NCBI GenBank assembly: GCA_045863235.1
Contig: BTUM01000137.1
Location: 1 to 12,218 of the forward strand
Source: Candidatus Xenobia bacterium
Lineage (GTDB): Bacteria; Vulcanimicrobiota; Xenobia; Xenobiales; QWHO01
Length of the DNA stretch: 12,218 bases
Direction of reading: 5' to 3'
The first letter of the stretch is position 1, and every line of letters starts with the position of its first letter. The position numbers and the translations under genes are program-made. Below are positions 1 through 6,385 of the stretch, piece after piece. Under the pieces are notes generated by a model. It saw only the letters and a program-made list of their open reading frames with translations. It did not search any database and was not told the DNA's origin.

Positions 1-481
1 TCAGTACCTTGCCGAACTCAGAATTTTTTCCAAGGTTGGCTTGCCGAAAGCTCACCGAAAATCAAAGGTATGACTCTCGAATTCCACGCACCCTCCAGAC
101 AGAGCACCTGAATCTGTCGTGCCAGTCGGCATGACGACGAATGAAGCGGTCGATATCCCTCTGCGCCGAGTTTAGATCAGGGGTATCAACGCTCAATCAA
201 TGATCTGCTGGTTCAGGGCCGCTGTCTCCTGGCGACAACCCGAGAACGTGACCCGACCTCGCATGGTGGCGCTGCCAAGTTGCATCACGCCCCGCGACCG
301 TTTCGCTTCATTGGTCGGAGCAGTCTGGAGACTCTCCTGAAGTCCTGGAAGCCCACCGAGCGGAGGTTGTCGTAGTTTCAGCACAATCTGACCACTGACG
401 AGCGCGCTGGGGCGAGCCAGAACCCATTGACATGTTTTCCGGCTGCGCGACGCTCAACCTATTGAGCTACAACAGATGAGT

Positions 482-500
482 GGTGGAGGTTCCCTCCACC
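482..500. other. Perfect 8-bp inverted repeat (GGTGGAGG-TTC-CCTCCACC), possible 3' stem-loop of the minus-strand transcript
   Basis: Read directly, about 100 bp past the stop of the 1893-aa gene. There is no U-tract on either side, so it is not a classical intrinsic terminator. Confidence 0.3.
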
Positions 501-596
501 GGACTTCTCGAGCGAAGCGCAGAACTGGGGCCAGAACAAGTTCTTCTCGGCAAGTTGCAGCCAAAATGAAGGGCCCCGACTACGCACAGCGGTCCC

Positions 597-3500
597 CTAC
601 TCTTCGGCGTTGCGCCCGAGGCAGTGCAACAGATAGGCGCCCAGGGCCCGGATCTGACCCGGCTGGGGAGTCTCGAAGCGAACTCCGTAGGTCAGTGACT
701 TCGTCCCCCGCGCGTTGACCACCACGCCCCGGAAGCCGACCCGCTGGAGCCCTTCGGTGGGGCCGAGCATCAGATCGATCTCCTCCCCTACCTCGAGCCG
801 CATGCTGGTTTGGAGCTGCAAGCCGCCGATGCCAAGATCCACCGTCTTGCCCACTCCCTCCCCACCGGAGCTGATGATCTCGGTCGGTACCCGGGTCTGA
901 ACCCGCAGGCTGCGCCGGCGCTGGTGACCGGCGCCAAAACCGAGGCTGTGCAAAAGCTGGGCCACCCAGGAGCGACTCAGATGCTCGGGGGTCTCCTGGA
1001 AGGCCAGCCCGGCGGTCAATCCCTCGCGCGGCGTGCGGCGGCACCAACGCACGCTGCAACGGACCCCGCCGAGATCGCTATGCTGCAGCTCGGGGCGCAG
1101 CACCACAATGGTGTCCCGGGCCAGCGACTCGGGCAGGTCGAGCCGGACGCCCGTGAGCGAGATCTCGCTGACCACGGCTGGAAAACGACGAGTTCCGATC
1201 TGGCAGTTGACCTCGTACAGGCAGACCAGCCGCGGGGCCCGACGAGCCTCGCGGCCGGCGCGCTTCATCTCGACGCCGGTCACGCCCTCGGCTAGCTCGG
1301 CCAGGGCTCCGGCATCCACCTGGCGCAGCAGCTCGAAGGCCTGCAGCATCACGTTCGCCGCGTCGTCGTAGTCAGCCACGGGAGCCGGTGGCGGGGTCAA
1401 GCTCTTGCGGGGCGCCGGCCGGGCCGCCTTGGGAGGAGCGGGACGGCGAGGATTGGGCGCGGGAGGGCGTCCGGTGGCGGCCGAGAACTCGAGTCTCTGC
1501 CCGAATTCGGGCCGGCCCAGGCGCGGGGCGCTGGTTGCCCTGTCAGGCTTTGATACAACCGGCTCGGCTGGCCTGACTTTGGACGGTCGGGCCCTTTCCG
1601 TCTCGGCCGGAGTGGCTTTCGCCTTCTCAGCTGGCTCCAGGGCCTTCGTCGGCTTTGCGTTTGAAGTCTCGACCGGCTCCTGGGCTCTGGGTGGCTTCAC
1701 CTTCGCGGCTGGCTCGGCGTCCCTGGGCGGCTTCACCTTCACCGGCTCGGCCGGCTCCAAGCCCTTGGGCGGCTTCACTTTCACCGGCTCGGCCAGCTCC
1801 ACGCCTTTGGGCGGCTTTACCTTCACGGGCTCGGCCGGCTGTGGCTTGACTCTGACCGGCTCAGCCGGCTCCACAGCTTTAGGCGGCTTCACCTGCACCG
1901 GCTCGGTCGGCTCCACGGCTTTGGGCGGCTTCACCTTCCCGGGCTCGGCCGCCTCCACGGCTTTGGGCGGCTTCACCTTCCCGGGCTCAGTGGCCTCTCC
2001 GTCTCGAGGAGGCTTGGGTTTCACCGACTCTGCCGGTTCCACAGCGTTGGCAGAGCTGGTCTTCACCGGCTCTATGGATTTGGGAGGCTTGGGCTTGACC
2101 GGCTCAGCCAACTCCAAAGCTTTGGGGGGCTTGGGCCTCAACGGTTCGGCCAGCTCCACGGCTTCAGGAGTTCTTGGCTTCAACGCCTCCGCGGCTTTGG
2201 AAGGTTGCGCCAGCCCCACGCCTTCCGAAAATGAGCCAGAGAGCTCGCCGGCGGCCTCGGGTTTGATGCCGCTGACATTTGCCGGGGCCGGCTCGGCCTC
2301 CTGGAGAGGCTGGGCAAAACTCGGAGGCTTCGGAGGCTTCGGAGGCTTCGGAGGCTTCGGACGAGGACGCGACTCCGATGGAGTCCCCCACGACTGGTCA
2401 GGCCAGGCTTCGGCTGAGGGGTGGGGCAACCCCTCGGAGGGCGAACGAGGCAGGCCGGCCGGTTGGGCGGGCCAGGCCCCGGCGTCGGGAAGCGGGAGCC
2501 CGGCCGGCTCGGCCGGCCAGGCCGAGGCGGAAGGGGGAGGCAGCTCGGGCGCAGGTTGAGGCGACGGCCAGGCTTCCACCGAAGGAGGAGGCAGCCCGGG
2601 CGCAGGTTGAGGCGACGGCCAGGCCTCCGCCGAAGGAGGCTCGGGCGCAGCTCCGGGCCTGGCTTCCGCCGAAAGGGAAGTCAGCTCAGGGGTGGACTGG
2701 GACGGCCAGGCCTCCACCGAAGGGGGTGGCAACTGGGCTCGGGGCAAGCCCACCGGCTCGGCTGGCCAGGCATCCCCCACCGGGGCAGCAGCCGGGCCGG
2801 ACGCTTCCGCTGGCCAGGGCACCACGGCGCGGGCCTGTCCGACCGGCTCCTGGGGCCAGGATGTGGTCACCGGCGGATGGTCTGGCTCCGCGGCCACCAG
2901 CTCAGGTCGGGGCGGTGGCACATCCTGCCAACCGCTGGAGGGCGCAAACGACTCGAGCGCGGCCGGGCGTTCGGGCACGGTCTCAGGTTTGACCGCTCCC
3001 CACCCGTCCAGCAAGAACTGGGCTTTCTCCTCCACGGGGTGAATCGCCAGGGGCCGCCAGGCCGTCAGGCCGAGCCCCTTCAATCGATCGGTCAGGCTGG
3101 CCAGGCTCTTGTCGGCATTCTGGAAGAACCGACTGGGCCACACTCGCAGGTGATTCCAGCCCAGATGCTGTTCCAGCCAGCTTTCCAGGGAAAGCGCTTC
3201 ACGGCTCTCGCCCTCCCCGTAGACGTGCAGCAGCACCGCGCCCCCTTCGCCTTCCACGCGAATGCCGTAGGGGCTGGCGTGCAGGCGGTAACCTCCCTCC
3301 AGCAGCCGCTCGACCACCTTGAGACTGAGGGAGGATTCAGGATGCAAACCCGGCTCGACCGGAGAGGTCATCGGCGAGCCCAGCAGCCATACCTGCTCGC
3401 GGGCCAGACCGAAGGCTCGCCGATCGGGTGCCAGCACCAGATCGAATTCTTCCCCTTCGAGCTCGGCCAGAGTTCCGCAGCGCAGGCGCCCCCGTTCCGA

Positions 3501-6278
3501 CGAGCTCAAAACCCGGTCCAAGAAGCGCCGTATGCGCAAGCCCAGTCGGGCTTCCTCCACCACCAGGGCGATGCGGTAGAAAGGGTACTCCGGCGTACGC
3601 AGCAGAGCGGTCGCGAGAGCCGCGGGGTGACGCCAGTCGCCGCGCAGGTCAAAGGGAACGACCGGAGAAACGGCCACCCGGGGGGGCCGCCCGGGCCCCT
3701 CGCTCTCCATGTGCAAGCACAGGTCGGCTCGAGCCCGGAAGTTCATGGTCAGCCGATGCACCGGCGCCCTGCTCACCACCTCGAGCAGACTCTCCTGTCC
3801 ACTGGCAACGCCCAGGCAACCGAGCAACTGGCGGGCGCGACGGGCCGCGCCTTCGGCCGGCGGGGGAAGATCGACCGGTTGGGTATCGGCCAGCAAGACG
3901 ACCCGCTGGCCCTGCATCAACAGGCCCAGATGGTGAACGTCAGCTCGCTGGGCGCCATCCACCAGAACCAGATCGAACTCGCCCGAGGGGGAGAGCTGAT
4001 CGAGCAGCCCCACCTCGAGCGTCTTTGCCTGACGGGGAAGACCGGCCCGGTAGGCTTGCTCGAGACGGCGTCGGCGCGCCGCCACCTCCTGGTGCATCGT
4101 GTCGATATCTTGCTTCTCCCAGGCGTCCAGCAGATCACGCTGGAGTCGATACTCCCAGGCCTGGTGCGGATCGCCGGGAAGCTGTCCCGTGTGGTGCGGA
4201 GCCCGCCGCTCACGTAAGCACTTGGCCCAGCCAGGGGCTCCAGCCTCCAGGCGGGCAAGCAGAGTCTCCCGCCGGTCCATCAAGGGAATGCGCCGCTTCC
4301 ACTGGGCCAGCTTGTCGAGTCCGGCCCGATACTCGGCATGGTTACGGTCATTGAGTGCTTTGAGCAGGTCTTTGCCGACCTCCGGGAACCTGGCCAGGGC
4401 CAGCTGGGTGGCTCGGGCCTTCTCAGTCAGGGCGGCGCGCTCGAGCCACAAGCGCCGGCGCCCGATCAGTCCTTCGAGCTCTTTCTCCAGAAAGCGCTCG
4501 AGGTGGCGCAGGTCGGCCAGACTGGCGGTCTCGTTGGGGGGAGGCGCAGCCTTATCCAACATGAGCCCGGCCTGTCGGGCCTGCTTCTCGAAGGGAGCAA
4601 AACGCTCCAGAGGCCAGCGGAGAGCCCGCCGAATGTCATCGATCGGATCTCCCTGGGCCCTGGGGGCGGGATAGCGGACCTTCTCGAGCTCTTCCAGCAA
4701 GCGCATGTGCTCGGCCATCTGCAGTCGCCCCAGATGAACCGAAGCGACCAGAGCGCGAAAATCCTCCGGCGTGGCGGGCGCATGACCCTGGACTCGAGCC
4801 CCTTTGAGGATCTTCTTCCAGCGCCCCTTGAAGGCGGTCGAGACTCCCTTCAAGCTGCCCCCTCGCAGCAGGTGCTCCAGAATCTCGTAACAGATCTCGA
4901 TCTGCTCATCCTCGCCCAGGTCGGGAGACAGCTTCGGCTCGTACTCTCGAACCAGTCGCTCGAGGTGAGCCCGGTCCTTGCGGCTCTTGTCCATGTCAAG
5001 CGAGAGCTGTCCCCACCTTTTGCGCGCATCATCCGAGCAGAAGGCTGACCAGGCGCACTGCACCCACCAGTCTTCCTGACCCTGCAGCGATTCGAAAAGT
5101 TGGCGGCCTGACTCCAGCAGAGGGTCCAGCGACTCGGGCGGGGTCTCGCGCGCCCAACACGTATCGTTGGACAGGCCCAGGTCTTGCTCGAGATCGTTCA
5201 ACCTTGCCAGCTCTTGCGGGGGCATCAGATCGCCGGGCTCGGGCATCTTCCCCCGGGGAGCGTCCAGCTCGGATTTCGCCGAGCAAAGGCCGTACAGCTC
5301 CTCGAGCTCGGCGTCGGAGAGCGGAACCTCGACCGTCAGGAGCGGACCGGCCAGCCAGTCGTGCTGACTCTTGAGCTGCACCACCGCCCGGGCCGTCTCG
5401 GCCGCGTGGCTGCCCTGCTCCTGGGCCACTCTCTTGAACAGGTCGAGCTCGGCCTCCTCGAGCTCGGCCTGCAACCTGCCCAGGTCGCCAGCCGGAGTGA
5501 GCGGCTGGGCCAGCATGCTGGCCAGCCGATTCTGAAAGACCTTCTGGGATGTCAGGGTGGGAAAGGCGACCAGCACCCGCTGCCCGCGGGCCAGGGCGTG
5601 GCCGGCAAGGGCCACGGCCAGATGGGTCTTGCCCGTTCCTGCCCCCCCCTGAACCACCACCACCGGATGCCTGTGCACGAGCTCGGTCACGGCCTTCTGC
5701 TCGACAGAGGGGGCCACTCCCCAGACCGGCTCCTGCCAGCCACCATCAGGCAGCTCATATCTCTGTCCCGCCAGCCAGGCGAAAGCACAGGACATCGGCG
5801 GCGGCGCGACCAGCTCGGGCCAGGCCGGACTCGAGGGGACAAGCATGGCGACCGGGCGACGCTCGATCGTCTGCTCGAGGAGCTGGGCCAGCTCGAGGGG
5901 AGCTGCTCCGGCATGGAAGGCCTTCCTGGCCGCATCCAGGCGCGAAGGCTCGAGAACTTCGGCCCGCAGCCGCGCCGGACCCTCCGGCTCGAGCAGGAAA
6001 TCTTCTTTATCCCGCTTGAGTCGCCAGAAGGTGCACTCAAGCGGGGTCTGGGGTCGGGTCAACCACAGCTGGCTGACGGCCAGACGCAAACGGGGGTTGG
6101 AATGCAGCAACTCAAAGGCATCCGCCAGAGGGGCGTAGAGCGATTGGTCGGCTCGCACTCGCACCGCCTGCAGCTCGACATAATTGTGCCACAGGAGATC
6201 TTCGGGACGAAACCAGGGAGGCTCCCATGGCTCGCTCGAGCCACGCAAGAACTCCGTTAGGCGTTCAAGCTCTGACAT
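597..6278 (-). CDS. 1893-aa multidomain protein: degenerate SF1 (UPF1/DNA2-like) helicase with a long helical insertion, degenerate MTES_1575/Vsr-like nuclease domain, Pro-rich repeat linker and tandem C-terminal PilZ domains
   Basis: Uninterrupted 5.7-kb ORF, ATG at 6276-6278 and stop at 597-599. Q-motif/Walker A EQKAV...VVVVQGGAGTGKTH..GQRVLV. Later motifs FDLVLVDGAQ, VVLLADTQ, LTMNFR, CGTLAELEGEEFDLVL, GLAREQVWL. Nuclease-like ES..V.ERL..GGY...LGWNHLRVWPSRFF. PilZ motifs RRAPR..EISLTG and RRSLR..DLGIGG. Confidence 0.9.
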   Translation of the reverse strand: MSELERLTEFLRGSSEPWEPPWFRPEDLLWHNYVELQAVRVRADQSLYAPLADAFELLHSNPRLRLAVSQLWLTRPQTPLECTFWRLKRDKEDFLLEPEGPARLRAEVLEPSRLDAARKAFHAGAAPLELAQLLEQTIERRPVAMLVPSSPAWPELVAPPPMSCAFAWLAGQRYELPDGGWQEPVWGVAPSVEQKAVTELVHRHPVVVVQGGAGTGKTHLAVALAGHALARGQRVLVAFPTLTSQKVFQNRLASMLAQPLTPAGDLGRLQAELEEAELDLFKRVAQEQGSHAAETARAVVQLKSQHDWLAGPLLTVEVPLSDAELEELYGLCSAKSELDAPRGKMPEPGDLMPPQELARLNDLEQDLGLSNDTCWARETPPESLDPLLESGRQLFESLQGQEDWWVQCAWSAFCSDDARKRWGQLSLDMDKSRKDRAHLERLVREYEPKLSPDLGEDEQIEICYEILEHLLRGGSLKGVSTAFKGRWKKILKGARVQGHAPATPEDFRALVASVHLGRLQMAEHMRLLEELEKVRYPAPRAQGDPIDDIRRALRWPLERFAPFEKQARQAGLMLDKAAPPPNETASLADLRHLERFLEKELEGLIGRRRLWLERAALTEKARATQLALARFPEVGKDLLKALNDRNHAEYRAGLDKLAQWKRRIPLMDRRETLLARLEAGAPGWAKCLRERRAPHHTGQLPGDPHQAWEYRLQRDLLDAWEKQDIDTMHQEVAARRRRLEQAYRAGLPRQAKTLEVGLLDQLSPSGEFDLVLVDGAQRADVHHLGLLMQGQRVVLLADTQPVDLPPPAEGAARRARQLLGCLGVASGQESLLEVVSRAPVHRLTMNFRARADLCLHMESEGPGRPPRVAVSPVVPFDLRGDWRHPAALATALLRTPEYPFYRIALVVEEARLGLRIRRFLDRVLSSSERGRLRCGTLAELEGEEFDLVLAPDRRAFGLAREQVWLLGSPMTSPVEPGLHPESSLSLKVVERLLEGGYRLHASPYGIRVEGEGGAVLLHVYGEGESREALSLESWLEQHLGWNHLRVWPSRFFQNADKSLASLTDRLKGLGLTAWRPLAIHPVEEKAQFLLDGWGAVKPETVPERPAALESFAPSSGWQDVPPPRPELVAAEPDHPPVTTSWPQEPVGQARAVVPWPAEASGPAAAPVGDAWPAEPVGLPRAQLPPPSVEAWPSQSTPELTSLSAEARPGAAPEPPSAEAWPSPQPAPGLPPPSVEAWPSPQPAPELPPPSASAWPAEPAGLPLPDAGAWPAQPAGLPRSPSEGLPHPSAEAWPDQSWGTPSESRPRPKPPKPPKPPKPPSFAQPLQEAEPAPANVSGIKPEAAGELSGSFSEGVGLAQPSKAAEALKPRTPEAVELAEPLRPKPPKALELAEPVKPKPPKSIEPVKTSSANAVEPAESVKPKPPRDGEATEPGKVKPPKAVEAAEPGKVKPPKAVEPTEPVQVKPPKAVEPAEPVRVKPQPAEPVKVKPPKGVELAEPVKVKPPKGLEPAEPVKVKPPRDAEPAAKVKPPRAQEPVETSNAKPTKALEPAEKAKATPAETERARPSKVRPAEPVVSKPDRATSAPRLGRPEFGQRLEFSAATGRPPAPNPRRPAPPKAARPAPRKSLTPPPAPVADYDDAANVMLQAFELLRQVDAGALAELAEGVTGVEMKRAGREARRAPRLVCLYEVNCQIGTRRFPAVVSEISLTGVRLDLPESLARDTIVVLRPELQHSDLGGVRCSVRWCRRTPREGLTAGLAFQETPEHLSRSWVAQLLHSLGFGAGHQRRRSLRVQTRVPTEIISSGGEGVGKTVDLGIGGLQLQTSMRLEVGEEIDLMLGPTEGLQRVGFRGVVVNARGTKSLTYGVRFETPQPGQIRALGAYLLHCLGRNAEE
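625..925 (-). other. PilZ domain 2
   Basis: QRRRSLRV (RxxxR), then TVDLGIGGLQL (DxS/GxxG), then FRGVVVN...YGVRF. Confidence 0.8.
975..1250 (-). other. PilZ domain 1
   Basis: RRAPR (RxxxR, nt 1230-1244), then VVSEISLTGVRL (D/NxSxxG with Glu in first position), then VRCSVRWCR...TAGLAF. Confidence 0.8.
1570..2200 (-). repeat. Intragenic 42-bp (14-aa) tandem repeat, consensus about AEPVKVKPPKAVEP, about a dozen degenerate copies
   Basis: GGCGGCTT(C/T)AC anchors at 1726, 1768, 1810 and at 1882, 1924, 1966 (42-bp period), with one shortened unit between the two blocks and more degenerate units on both flanks. Confidence 0.9.
2321..2361 (-). repeat. Perfect 9-bp tandem repeat (TCGGAGGCT x4 plus partial) encoding PKP-PKP-PKP-PKP
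   Basis: Read directly: tcggaggct at 2321, 2330, 2339, 2348, then tcgga. Confidence 0.95.
2385..2930 (-). repeat. Degenerate Trp-Pro repeats (PPS[V/A]EAWPS / AWPAEP), about 9 units, including a near-identical 51-bp (17-aa) pair
   Basis: Translation shows TSWPQEP, VPWPAE, DAWPAEP, VEAWPS, AEAWPS, VEAWPS, SAWPAEP, GAWPAQP, AEAWPD. The sequence gggcgcaggttgaggcgacggccaggc recurs at 2547 and 2598. Confidence 0.85.
3060..3345 (-). other. Degenerate MTES_1575/DUF559/Vsr-like restriction-endonuclease-fold domain
   Basis: ESSLSLKVVERLLEGGYRL...LLHVYGE...WLEQHLGWNHLRVWPSRFFQNADKSLASL follows the ESxFExxV...GY...AIECDG...LExLGWxxxRxWxxxF pattern usually fused after this helicase type. The catalytic acidic residues are missing. 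Confidence 0.65.
3385..3985 (-). other. Degenerate SF1 helicase motifs II-VI (shortened second RecA-like domain)
   Basis: The motifs occur in the expected order: FDLVLVDGAQ (consensus FDxVIxDEASQ), LLADTQ (GDxxQ), LTMNFR (LxEHFR), LEGEEFD (FQGxExD), GLAREQ (SRARxQ). Confidence 0.7.
5540..5710 (-). other. SF1 helicase Q-motif, Walker A (GGAGTGKT, aa 211-218, nt 5625-5648) and motif Ia region
   Basis: SVEQKAVTELVHRHPVVVVQGGAGTGKTHLAVALAGHALARGQRVLVAFPT matches the N.EQ...VLVQGPPGTGKTHTIANL..HLLA.G.RVLVTS pattern of UPF1-like helicases. Confidence 0.85.
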
Positions 6279-6350
6279 TGAATTCGACGAGAGTCCCTCG
6301 CATGGAAGCGGCCACCAGATTCTCCCCCCGGTGGACCCGACGGCCCAGGC

Positions 6351-6385
6351 CCACGCGACCTGGAGTCACTTCGCCGGGTCGCTGG
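6351..6385. other. Imperfect stem-loop immediately after the cyclase stop codon
   Basis: CCA-c-GCGACCTGG (6351-6363) pairs with CCGGGTCGC-TGG (6374-6385). No U-tract follows. Confidence 0.35.

Noticed and set aside
233..372. Inverted repeat CGACAACC...GGTTGTCG resembling integron attC ends
   Set aside because: Does not fit RYYYAAC/GTTRRRY, has no inner L-box pairing and no cassette or integrase context. An 8-bp match is expected by chance.
400..476. Minus-strand GTAGCTCAATAGGTTGAGCG resembling a tRNA D-arm
   Set aside because: No pairing anticodon stem, no GTTCRA T-loop and no matching acceptor stem.
193..718. Short ORFs 193-384(-) and 476-718(+)
   Set aside because: No motifs and atypical Arg/Ser-rich composition; the second overlaps the end of the large gene.
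1570..2930. Regularly spaced repeats as a possible CRISPR array
   Set aside because: Units are in-frame multiples of 3 with third-position variation and no unique spacers, so they are protein-coding repeats.
5642..5649. G8 homopolymer (coding strand) at the Walker A motif as a phase-variation tract
   Set aside because: Explained by Gln-Gly-Gly-Ala codons. The run is short, the frame is intact and there is no evidence of length variation.
810..6260. Long plus-strand ORFs (810-1295, 1405-2559, 2279-2992, 2421-4217, 3428-4354, 4338-5048, 5184-6260 and others)
   Set aside because: Antisense shadows of the GC-rich 1893-aa gene. They have no recognisable motifs, and the GGFTF or ASEASE repeats merely mirror the minus-strand repeats.
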